Of a stretch of 64,000 nt of DNA, positions 40,266-52,968 are shown piece by piece. Positions within the stretch are counted from its first letter, which is position 1, and the number at the start of each line of letters is the position of its first letter. Under the pieces are notes generated by a model. It was not told where the DNA came from. It was given only the letters and a program-made list of their open reading frames with translations, and did no database searches. Origin of the DNA: Chrysomallon squamiferum (Eukaryota > Animalia > Mollusca); contig CM022665.1 of assembly GCA_012295275.1 (NCBI GenBank), forward strand, positions 33,604,001 through 33,668,000, given 5' to 3'. A program made the position numbers and the translations under genes.

Positions 40266-43200
40266 TAGAAAACAACAATTAGAAAAATGGAAATATTAAT
40301 CATATTTCTATTAAGTGTTACCTATTTTCAACAAGAATTGTTCTGCATCTAACTCAGTGGCATTTACGAGTGCTATATTATACACCAGAGAAACATTATG
40401 ACTCTGTTCATAGCCTGAGGAAAAACGAAATAATGAGGCCGGTGTTAAAAACTTTAAACAGCGCCAAAATCGTTCGTAGGCATAATGTGATTGTTCCACT
40501 TACTGTAAATGACTAAATTTATACTAAAGGATTATTTCATTATGTGTTACAAATTTATTTATGTAATCAAGGAGAACGGTTTCTGAGAATTTCGGGATCA
40601 AAAACTGATTGTTGTGGAATGTATTCTAGGTTAGAAAGTGTTTTTTTTGGCTCAGTTTTCAGAACCAAATATTTCTGATCAAAAACGTCTTCAAAGCAAG
40701 ACGTTTCAGAAAAGACAGTGTAAATAACATTAGACATTCTCTCTGAAGAATAAATGTATATATAAAATGTTATGACATTTTATTAAATTATAAACTGTAA
40801 TTGTATAACAAAGCTTTATCTTGCAAATGCAAAGTTTTATTTATAATAAACATTTTGCTAACAACAACACAGAAATATAAGCTGTTATTGTCAAATTCAA
40901 ACTCTGATTATACCAAAATTACTGTAATAACTTATACAATTTTTTCTACCGCTTTGAATTATTTTTCTAAATCCAGATTGATATAATAATTGTTTTGCTA
41001 CATGCTACCTCCTAAAGAAATGAAAATTTAAAAAAAAAACCAAAAGTCATTTCTGTGGAGAAGTTGTGCATATAAAACATCTAACGTCAGTTTATTTTCT
41101 TCAGAGTATTTTCGTATTTTGCTTCTTTCTTTCTTCCCTATTTTTATTTTTTATTTTTATTTTTTTATTTTTTTGTAATAATTATATTTAAACATTTGAT
41201 CAGATATTTTTGCCTCGATTTATTTATATTAAACTACATTAAAATCAATGATGCCATATAATGTATATCGAATAAAACGTATAAAATACTGTTTAATTCA
41301 TTTTGTTCTGCTTTTTACATATCTGATTACAGTTTCTGGATTATTCAAGAGAAAGAGAATGAGACTGATGTAGGGTAAATATAATACAAACTCAAATTAT
41401 AGATGGAATATAACTATTTCAAATAAATCTCACTTTACATTTGTTCTTGAATACTTTCGTTCATCTTTGGTTTTCTACAGTACAAAAAAAAAAAAAATAA
41501 AAAAAATAAATAAATAAATAAACTTGTATAACAGTAGCAATGTAAAGTAACCATTATATTTTATAATCATTTCAAAGAATAAAAACAAAAATATCAACTA
41601 GCAGCAAAACCAAAATCAAAACTGATATAACGTTTCTATCGCTCAAAATTTGAGAACGGTAAATTATTCATTATGTTATTTGAGTTATTCCAAAATATAT
41701 TGTCTCTAAACTCAAAACATAAAGATAGGAGACACAAACAATGTTTTTATTTTCAGATCCTATGATAATGAAGAAGATTTATTAAATTTATTTAATGAGA
41801 TACTATGATCGAAAGACATACCTATACACTTACATAATACTACATACACAAATACATACATACACACACACACACATATACATATGTATATATACATACA
41901 TTCATACATACATACATACATGCATACATAAATATATACATAAATTCATGTATACATTTATGTATATGTATTTGAATGGATTTATGTTCGCATAAGAAAA
42001 GTATTTTTGGATCACTACTCTCATGTTTAGATTATAAGTTATAAACACGTATAACTGCACAAAGACTGTATATTTATTCGTGTGTCTGTATATATATATA
42101 TACACACACATACGCATATATATATCTGCGTATGTATGTGTATATATATGTATATGTACTTATACTAATAAATATATATATTAATCACTGAATGAAACAT
42201 ATTCACCTAAACCGAAGATAGATAGAGAGATAGATAGATAGGCAGACAGACAGGCAGACAGACAGACAGAGAGATGAATGGAAGAACAGTCGGAAAATAA
42301 TTGACAGTTTCTTTCTTTTATAAAATATAAATGACATAACTGCCTTTCAGAAACAAGTAAAATTAAGAAATGTATTTCATTCATTTTATTTTCAATTATT
42401 TCTATACCAATGTTATATAACCTGGTGCGTACTGTTATTATTACAACATAGTGTAAAAAGATAATAAAATAAAAAATGTATTAAAAATAAAAATAACATA
42501 AAATCAATTTTAATATTTCAGTATTATTTATTCCACAATATAATCTAAACAACATCAGTGTAGAGTTAATTTCTAGTATGAAGATGTTATTAAAGACATG
42601 TCAACATATTTCTTTCAGAGTAGGTACATGCGCTAAGTGTCTTCCTTTAGATATAAAGGTGTTTATATTTTTGAGCACTAAACATATTTAATTTTACATT
42701 CGATAATGAACTGTATCAATTTGAAAAATACTGGTACTCAGACACAGTTCTTGTATAATTTCTATTAACCAACTCTTTAATTATTTTAAGATTCTACAAC
42801 AAAACTTATCTGACTTTAGTTACCAAAACAGTATTCATTAATTAATGAAAAAGAAACTTCTCAGTACTAATTTGCGACATTATTCATAGTTTACATTAAT
42901 CACTGAATGAAACATATTCATTTAAAAGTTTACTGCAGATTATGAACATGTTTAAATATTAATTTAATTATTATTTTATTTTATTTTATTTTATTTATTT
43001 TTATTGATTTATTTATAGTTTTTCATTATAAATTAACAATCCAGTTGTTTTCAGTCAGATGTATCCGTTGATCCAAATGAATTCAAATGTCAGCACATGC
43101 ATTAACATAATTACACAGACAACCATACACACTGACAAAACCACACACACGCACACATTCATACAGACATCCATATACATACTGACAAATGTATAAGATC

Positions 43201-43331
43201 AGAAATTATTTTTAAAAAAATGTATGACTGCTTAAAAATAAGTCCAATTTTACTGATATTTAAAAAAAAAGGTATTAAATAAATTATTTTAAATATGCAT
43301 ATAATCTTCTATTTTCCATAACATATTCATT

Positions 43332-45903
43332 TTATGCATCTAAATCGGACTCAGAAGAAATGTCCAGTGCTGGGCAGTCACTCCGAGGACAGGGTACTGG
43401 ACAATAGTATGGACAAACTTCATCAGTGGTACTAATCTGATCGAAAATTGTCCCTTCTATCAAATCTGTGAACTGAAGAAACTGCTTGAGCTTTTCTGGA
43501 AGAGAGAGATGAGATATTTTACACGTTGGGTTTCTTCCTAGAAGAAGAAAGATTTTTGTACGACAAAGTTTCAGTAAAGAATTGGGTTCATTCCTTGAAT
43601 TCACCAGCCATTTATGAATATCTGGTTGGCGAGTTATGGAAATGGGCCAAAGACTCAACTGAACCCACTGCTCATTCAGAAAGATGGGTTTTATTTCAGC
43701 TAGAAGATTAGCAACATACATAAGCTTTGCTTCAACAGCCATATAAAAGTAAGACTGTTTTCCCTGATGGTTGGCTAAACTGCATCCACCATGAATTAAA
43801 ACAATAGCACATTTCTCAGCATGGATATTAACTGCTTGTTCTAAAGGAGTTTCTTTCCACTTATATTTCTTGTCCAGTTTGTATCCGTACCTGACCAGTA
43901 GTCTAACCATGGCTGCATTGTGGTGTTCTATGGCTACAGTCATTGCAGTGACACCATGTTTAGTAGTTGCATGAAGTTTAATTCTGTTCTGCAGCAGAAG
44001 TTCACATATCTCATACCGGTTGTATGCTACAGCAAAGTGTACAGCAGTCAGTCCAACATCTGTTTTAGCCTGGAGATTACACAGTGAGTTGATCAGACAT
44101 TCACATATTACCTTGTTGTTTAACTGAACAGCTCTGTGAAATCAAAGGTTAAAGATTGGCAAAATATATGTGAAAAAGCTGAATAAAGCATTATTATATT
44201 TATGTATTATAATCTGAATAATTAGATATTTAATTTTTTTAATCCAATTTAGTAAATTACATAATAAATATAAATCAACACACGCACACACACACAAACA
44301 CACGTTTAAACCATCATAAAGAAACAGTAGTAGTAAAAGTAGCAGTAGAAGTGTAACAGTAGCACAAATAATAGCAGTAGCAGTAGCATGAGTATTATAA
44401 ATAGAAGCAGTCATATTTCTAACAGAAGAAATAGTGGAAGTGGTACCAGTTGTGGTAGTAGTAACATAAGTATTATAAATAGCAATGGTAATGGTAGCAA
44501 TAGTAGACTATAAATAGTGGTTGTGGTAGCAATAGCAGTAGTAGTGGTGGCAGAAGCAACAGTAGTGCTGACAGTAGCAGTAGTTTCTGTAACGATAGCA
44601 GCAGTACTACTAGCAGTAGTAGTAATAGTAGCAGTTGAAATAGTAAGTAATAGTATCAGTAGTAACAGTAAAAGAGTTTACTTAATTAGAGGTGTTTCAA
44701 AGTCCACACCAATGCCAAGTCTTCTCTGATTAACGTCACCTCCAGCATTAATAATGAGTTGAACAACTTCAGCACTGTTACTTAGTACAGCTTGAAATAA
44801 AGGACTGCAACCTGTATAAATAGATATCTGTTGTTTTAACACCACAAGACAATTTTCAAAATATACTAGTAAATGAATTTACAGACAAAATGAACAGAAA
44901 TATTTGAAAATAAATATTGATGCAGAACAAAAATAATATTGTCATTTATTTGAGTTTTTGTCTGTGTCAGTGTTTGTGTGTTTATTTGTGTTTATTTATT
45001 TATTTATTTATTTATTATACCATATTTATATAGCACTTTTTCTATACTAAGTAAGTTCAAGGGTGCTTTTCAGAGTAAACTGATGAACTAAAATATAAAA
45101 GGACTTGGACATAAACCTATTAAAATAACTGTAAACATAATGGTGAACATATCAAAATGTTAAAAATAAATGAGTCACATTTAAAAATTGTATAAGATAA
45201 TTAATAGACTAGCTTAAACATTTAAAAAAAATAGAACATGACTTTATATTAACAAAGTGAATCTGAAAGAAATGTGTCTTTAGTAGTGTTTTGAATGTAG
45301 TTGTTGTTTCAGACTCCCTAATGTTACTTGGGAGTGAATTCCACAAAATCAGTGCAGCATAACTGAAACATCTCTGACCATGTATAGCTGTGTCTTCATA
45401 TATTTCTGTACATCAGAGATAAAATATAAAATGTGCATGTGTTCTAATAAAAAAAGCAATATGATAAAAATATCAGGCTTGTGGAGGCAGATATATTCCC
45501 CTTTTCATACATGGATTTGTAAATAACAGACCGATTAAAACATTGCCTATTTGGCACTTCCTCAATTTGTCAGGGATTTTTAAAATGTTCTGTTATAAAA
45601 GAAATACAAATGACAGCTCCATGCATCTTAATTAACATCTTATAATTATTATTGCTCTAAATATTTATTACCATGGTCTAGTAAAATAATCAGCTCTTTA
45701 TATTCAAAATATGTTTAGACTATTTGTTCATATTACTGAGGATATGCTTAAAATAATAATGACGTTATGTGTAAACTATATATACCTGTTTTTTGGTCTA
45801 TTACACCAACATTGCATTTCCCTCCTTGTAAAAGAACACTTGCTAACTCCTTGTTGCCATGTTTAGCTGCCCACCTGAAAATATAGTATTTTATTTACTT
45901 ATT

Positions 45904-45942
<39 letters not shown>

Positions 45943-46057
45943 TATAATGTTTCCATCTAGAAATTTATGAATTAATTCTCCTGTTAGGTGCATAATCAGA
46001 TGGGAAATAAAAGACTATAGTAAGGAAAGGTACATTAAAAGGTATTCCGTAATTCTT

Positions 46058-46089
<32 letters not shown>

Positions 46090-46743
46090 AATAAATAATT
46101 GATTACTGCCAGTATAAAAGTGAAGATCTATAATTGTGCATTACAGTAAATTTTGATCACTAATTTTATCCTTTCTTTTATAAAAAATGTCCTTTTACTC
46201 ATAAAGACAGTGCTTAAACTATTTCTGAAATGACAAATCTGACCTTATGAGGTCGCATTAATAAATTTAAAAAAATATTTCAATAATTTTAAATAATTAT
46301 TTTATTTCATTTATTTATTTATTTAATTATTATTATTATTATTTTACTTTTTTTTTTTTTTTTTTCACAATCAAAATATAAAGAAGACAATTAATAATGA
46401 TAATACCTGAGACATTTTACTACAATTCTCCATTTATGCAAATATTAACAATGAATAACACTCTAAAAAGACTTACCAGATAGGGGTTCTGCCATCAGTG
46501 GTCACTGCATTGATGTCTGCTGGTCTAGGTTTAGCTGTGATTAAAATGAGAGTTAGCTCTGCACTATTCAACTTTGCTGCTATATTCAGTGCTGTTGGTT
46601 CTAATGGACATAGTTTATCTCTAATGTTTGGGTCAAATGAACTTTCTTTCAATATTTTCTTCACACTTTGGCATTCTAGGCATCGAACATGATAAAAAAA
46701 ACTCTTTTATTTTGTGACTGGGCTGGATTTTTTTATTAGGCAT
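43332..46743 (-). CDS. Ankyrin repeat and SOCS box (ASB family) protein, ~428 aa; one extra base in a homopolymer in the first coding exon
   Basis: Exons 46743-46477, 45874-45786, 44811-44682 and 44133-43332. Ankyrin motifs: TALNIAAK, TPIWWAAKHG, SPLFQAV, TPLIKAV, TAVHFAV, TPLEQAV. SOCS box: PNSLLKLCRTKIFLLLG...LSLPEKLKQFL. The ATG at 46743 joins the main frame only if the A8 run at 46694-46701 is A7. Confidence 0.85.
44320..44670. repeat. Degenerate (GTA/GCA)n trinucleotide low-complexity tract in an ASB intron
   Basis: agtagtagcagtagtagtaatagtagcag... runs. Confidence 0.85.
44991..45395 (-). mobile_element. L2/CR1-type LINE 3' end inside an ASB intron
   Basis: The minus-strand translation HGQRCFSYAALILWNSLPSNIRESETTTTFKTLLKTHFF matches the G-x-R-x-FS...LWN-x-LP...FK-x-x-LKT-x-x-F ORF2 terminus. 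It is followed by an aaagtgctatataaat-like end and an (AATA)n tail at ~44991-45017. Confidence 0.8.
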
Positions 46744-46935
46744 GTTGTAGATCATCAGACTATCATTTGTCACTTAGAATAAGTCAAGTCATTTTGTTCT
46801 TAACACTGTTTATTCTGAAATAAAAGATATGGAAGAAAAAATAATAAATAAATAAATAAAGATCAAAGTTATGAATAAATATTTTCCAGACTTATCCTTT
46901 TCCACATTTTTTTTGTTTTGTTTGTTTTTGTTTAA

Positions 46936-46983
<48 letters not shown>

Positions 46984-49900
46984 TATATTCCCAATCTGAG
47001 TGTTAAGATTATTTCATATTTTTTCGTTCATATGATTTTGACGGCTGATAATTAATAATTAAAAAATAAAACAAATAAAACAAATAAGAAAAATAAAATT
47101 CTAATATACATTAATATTAATAAAATAAAAGCTTATATAATAACCTGTCAGTAACTTATATTTACACGCATTAATATTAATTAGATTATATTTATCAGTT
47201 TTATAGAATTAAATTTGAATAACAGAGTAATTTATCACTCTTTTAAAAATTAGAACGGACAGTTTTTATTTAACTTGTATTCAGGGTTCATATCGTTTAG
47301 TTAGAAAATGACTGGAGTCCCGTCAAAACACTTTAGTTATATATTATTTACTCCACCTCTCTGTTAATTTCATTCTAAGGCTTTTTCTAACCGTTTATTA
47401 TACTGTATAAATGTTATTAAGCCCACCTATCTGTCTTTATTACTTTTAATATGAAAAATGTGGCATTTAACAACAATAAAAATGTACGTAAATATAAAGA
47501 TTTTACCCTAACGACTTCGGTTGTCAACAAAAACTAAGGCAAATGCTGTACCGTAAATTCTCTAAAGACATCGAAACATTTCTGGCTTATCGTTTTAATT
47601 ATAATATAAATATAAATAATATATATAAAAAAATATAATAATAATAATAATAATAATAATAACAGCCTTTTTGTGTGTATCGATGGTGTGGATGTGTGCA
47701 TTTGTTAATATAAAATAAATGATTAAATTACAGAAAAGGTTTTGTTAGTTATTGTTTTCGCAATAGGAATATAACAGGAATATGTACATAGTTATGCCTA
47801 TGATTATCCTTATGTTTGTCAACAGAGTAAGTGTCTGCATGCGCTTTATTGTTTTACTTTTATCATAGTCTTCAGATTATTACTAAGTATATTTTTTATA
47901 AACTGGTTATTTTTATCTTTTAAGGTGCCTCGTTGTTTGATGTATTGATGCTCTAAAGAATTAGATGGAATTTACGAATCGCCTTCACCTAGAGTTACGT
48001 CCCATTTCCGTATCTTACTGCATGTAGAAGCTTTTCATTTATTAATAAGTAAAGAATATATATTAAAATGTATTTACTCCAGAAAATAGGTGACTTTTTG
48101 GCGTACTGGTATCTACAATATATTTTGACGACATCATTATATATGCTGGAACCAGCAGAGAGAAGAGTTTTTAGTATCCTTTTAGTATAAATCATGAGCA
48201 ATGTGCTTGGTTGGTGATCGCCGAATTCGTGTTATTGTTAATGAATCATTGGAATTTGTAATAAATTACGCAAAAGAAAAGAAATTTAAGAAATGAAGTA
48301 GGCTTTGTTTTTCTGTTACGATTATTGCTTTTATTATAATTAGTATTTAATCGTATATGTTTACTGAAAGTTTAACATATTGATTTATCTTACTTTAATA
48401 TTGATTGTCTCACTAAACTATGTACATTTGGTGACTTGTCACTAAAAGCAAAAAGTAAAGTGAATAGTGATACTGACAGTCATTCATATTTTAATGAGAT
48501 TGCCCAGTTGCTGAAATTATATCCACAGCACGAAACTGCTATTTTTCAGTATCTGTTATAATTTTAGGATTGATAATGATATTGTAACTATTCAATTGAG
48601 TTTATTAAACAAGACAACATTTTTTTATTTTTTTATTTTTTTATTTTTTATTTATTTTTTGTTAGTGTTACCAATATAACTAATTAGTTTTAGTGAATAT
48701 TTTGTTTTTAATGTTTGGCTTTTACCACCAAATGAATTGCATTCTGATAACATGATATTGTATCATATTAATTATTATTTACATTAGAAGCAGAACAAAT
48801 TGCTGAAAATCTTCAGTAAAATCTCTTCTAACAAACTGTAGACCTAAACTGCTAACATTTTCAAACAAAATAACAACAACAGAAATCATGTACTGTAAAT
48901 AAATTATTTGATCAGTTTTTTGGTTACAGATTTAAGATATTTCAGTGTTTGTAAAGGTGTATATAATTTACCTTATCAGCAAGTTCAGTTATTTGAGAAC
49001 ATAATTGCACATTGTATTCTGTAGAAATTACACACATGTTTATAGTAATGGCTTCTTTGATATATTTTGATCACAAGAATTCCGTTACTCCTTTTATAAT
49101 TATTTTATACCTGCCCATCTATTTTAAACTTAGTGCTTGCTGTGCTAGTTACAGTTTTAACATCCCTTTAATTACACTGTATTATTTGTGCTTTGGCATA
49201 TTTCAGTATCAGTCAGACACGTGTCAAAAAAATTATGGTTTATAGAGATTAACTGAAAGTGAAAATTAGGCTCATGTACATGATATGGCCTCAGTATTAA
49301 AGATATTAATTATGTTAAATGCACTATTTAGCACGTTAAAAGATATAAAGGTCATCATTTTAGTATTGTTAACAGGTCATCTCTTTTTCTTTTTTTTCAG
49401 TTATATACATAACATTTTTACATTAGGAATAGATTTATCACTGGGAGTGAGATTCCTGGACAGTAAGAGAGAATACAAGCTGTGTGCTGTTTGAAACTGT
49501 TGTCTGTGTTATATGAAAATATACAATAGTAATGTAGATTGGTGTTATCTGGAACTTATAGAAATATACATTTCTATACAATACACAATTAATATTGCTG
49601 AATATAATAAAAAATTAATAATTTTCATAAGACAAGTACTCTTTAGCAGCTAGAATTGCAAACAAAAATTTAAAAATGAAAAAGTGCATTTCAGTTTATC
49701 AAAACAAATTAATCAAGGAAAAACAATGTTACTTTTATATTTGTCATAATCTAGATTCATGTGAAATGTTAACTTGTTTATAAAAATTATGGTGAAAAAA
49801 AATTCAGGTTAATGCTTTATGTTGCTTTGCCCCATAGAGAATAAGTCACTGACAGAAATGTAAAATTATTTATAACAAACAGATAGATATATAGATATAG

Positions 49901-51453
49901 CAGCTTAACCAGTGTTATACTCTTGTTGTTTTAATATCAATGTAAGAAAATTGGACTGTTTTCAGCACTTTCATTAGCACCCCATTAAATACTCTGTTTT
50001 TCTCATAACAAAACAAATAGAGCAACTGGTAAAAACTTGCAGTGGTATGATGTCATTTCCTATGGGCCTTGATCACTAGTAAAAGACAATATTTTTGTAA
50101 TATGTCACAGGAAGAATAATTAAGCTGCAAAAAACCCACTTTATTTAATCTGGTTAAATCATTAAAATAAATGTTATTTTGAACTAATGGCATATGTTAA
50201 AAATAAATCATTTAATTAAAGTTTAGCAAATTTATTTACAGTTGTTGATATCATTTAATGTTTGGTTTTTAATCTGTCCAGGTATACATTACTGTTTGTG
50301 ATTTTTCATGGTGTCTTTTTGATTATCAAGAAATATGGAATGTATTTCCCATTAAAATGTTTCCATTTTCTCAGGCATAATATTTCTTATATGGCATGTT
50401 GTTTTCAGAAATTATTTTAATTATGAATAGATCAAATTTTAATGGCAATGTTATATATTATTGTATTAGGATAATGCTTAACAAAATTTCTTGTTTTATT
50501 TTAATTTGTTGTTGTATTTATTATTATTATTATTAATGCATAGTTTATCACTTCTGAAAATCATATAATATTAAATACATAAAGGAATCTTTTGATTAAA
50601 TTTTGCTTGCGCTTAGATTGGAGAAAGCTATTTATTTTATTGCATTAAAAATTTTAATACTAATATTATACAGGTTTGCATTTATCTGCCAATCCTAAAC
50701 TGATGCGATTTCTGCCTTTGTTTTTATTTTATTGTATGTTATTGTAAAGAAACATTTGTAATATTTTTATGAATCAAATTCTAATTGTTTTGTTTTTCTT
50801 GCTGGCTGTGTTGTCTGTGAATCACCATTACTAATAGTTAATATATATATATATATATATATATGTAATAGATAGTGAAGCTATTTGAATAAGGATATGT
50901 TTTGGGTTACAGTCACTATGTGTTTAAATGATAAGTAATAATAAAAGTACAGACATAGCTCATGTCATAATCTCTTTTAAATAATACATTTAGTTTCATA
51001 GTTAATGAATAAGTTTTTTACAGTTATTTAAAACTACATATTTCCTGTATGTAAAAAAGCATTTACCTTACATGTACTAACTTGAATGCTTAACTGCTAT
51101 TGGGAGACTCAAAGAGTAAACAGTGCAGATAAATAGTATTTGAATTTATGCTGGGGATAAGCCGGAGAGATTGAATGACACTCTATTGTGTACTTATAAT
51201 TGTATTTTTTATATCAAGTGCTACCTAATATGCAAGACATGGCTCCCATTGATGTAGCCATGACAACCAAACATTGACACCTGTTAAACATTTAGTTCAA
51301 TCTTTGATTTCTTTCTTTCTTTCTTGTTTTGTTGTTGTCTGTGTGAGTGTGTGTGGAAATTTCTGGATCAGGGGATTATGATTTAGATTAATCGTTGTAG
51401 TACACTGTTTGTTTTAATCACACAGAATGTTTGAGAGTGAATATATGTGAAAC

Positions 51454-52968
51454 ATGAGGAGCAGTTCAGTGATGGCTAATGTTGTGAAACGTATTACAGC
51501 TTGTCTGAGTGCGTGGTATCTGAAATATTCTCTCTTCATTCCGGTTTACATGTTGGATCCAACCGAGGCTTGTATCGTCAGTATCTTTTAAGTTATTTAA
51601 AACAATTTTTTTTAAATCTGAAATTACAAAGAAAATTTGATAGTTGAGACATATTTTATACAGAGAAAACTATAGATAGTATCATTGGTATACTAACAGA
51701 TTAATACTGTTATATTTACTGATATGAGCAAACTGACCTGGATGTGTTTGTTTTCAAAGTATTAATTAGATTTGCATGCATCTACATGTTACAATGTATT
51801 TATTGATTGTGCTTACTTTTCATTTAGTTAAAATGTGGTTTTTAACAGGTAGGTTTTAATATATTTTGAAATGATAGATTTGTTCCAGTTTGTAAATTTG
51901 ATGTAAATGTTGAAATAATATGGATGTAAAAATTTCATTTTAATACCAATTTATTTACTGTTGTGTATTCATTAATACTGAAAATGATAAACATTTTTGG
52001 TGCTTAATATGGAAAGCAAATGCAAGTTAAGTCGAGTAAAAATATTTTTTTTTAAATTGTATCATGCTTACTTGTTGAAGTCCTTTAGCTTTTATCTGAT
52101 TTGTAGTAAATTATAACTTCAGTAACATTTCAGGCTAAAATTGTTTTGTTTTTTTTGTTTTTTTTATTGTATTTACTGCTATTTTTTAAAGTACATACCT
52201 AAAATGAAATTCTTGTACTTGAATAATAGTATAAAATATGCTTTCCTTATTGAATTAAATTTCACTTGTTGGAACAATACATTCTGTTAGTGTTTATGCA
52301 GTCATATTTTGTACTTTTTTATAAGTAAATATTTTGTTTTTAAAAATGGAGATGAAACCCTGTTAAATTTTAGTAGTGGATTTGTTTAGATTTTGATGAT
52401 TATTATTTTAACTTGAAAAATCACTTTAATTTCTTCCTAGTTTCAAATAATACACTACATATTTAAATTTATGAATATTTAACTTTTATATTGCATTATA
52501 ATATTTACCTTTTGTAACAAATTTTATTTAAACTGTCAGTTTATGAAATAAATTTGCAAATGAATGTGTCAGTTTTAATATAATTTTATTTGTTAATGTA
52601 AAGTGCAGATATATTTTTGTACACCCCTAATATTTTTTTATATTTAAATGTTTGTTTGAATTACAATTTTTAAATTGTTTCAGTATTAATACATTTTTCA
52701 GTTTGGTTTGAATTTACATGCATATTTGAAATTATTTCAGTACAACAACATCATTGTTGTTATTATTATTTAAATTGTTTGATCTGAAAACCGTTTCCTT
52801 AACAAAGTCTCAGATGCTCTCTTGGTTGCTCTGATTGCTATGTGTGTGTACACTAGTTATCTATTCCTGCCTGGTCATGCAATAATGCTGTACAACTTCA
52901 TCAAGTACATGCTGGGACTGGTACCAGAAGAACATCCGTTGGGCTCTGGGCATCCAACTTCAGTATGA
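51454..52968 (+). CDS. SPTSSA: Serine palmitoyltransferase small subunit (ssSPT, SPTSSA/B family), 93 aa
   Basis: Exons 51454-51580 (MRSSSVMANVVKRITACLSAWYLKYSLFIPVYMLDPTEACIV) and 52814-52968 (NALLVALIAMCVYTSYLFLPGHAIMLYNFIKYMLGLVPEEHPLGSGHPTSV*). By eye this aligns to human SPTSSA WFYYQYLLVTALYMLEPWERTVFNSMLVSIVGMALYTGYVFMPQH. An alternative ATG lies at 51472. Confidence 0.88.
51581..52813 (+). other. U12-type (minor spliceosome) GT-AG intron
   Basis: 5' site GTATCTTTT (consensus RTATCCTT). Branch site TTCCTTAAC at 52795-52803, ~11 nt before the CAG at 52811-52813, with no polypyrimidine tract in between. Confidence 0.85.

Noticed and set aside
44134-44160. TCTTTAAC near an ASB intron acceptor as a second U12 intron
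   Set aside because: The donor is GTAAAC (U2-type) and the branch motif is imperfect.
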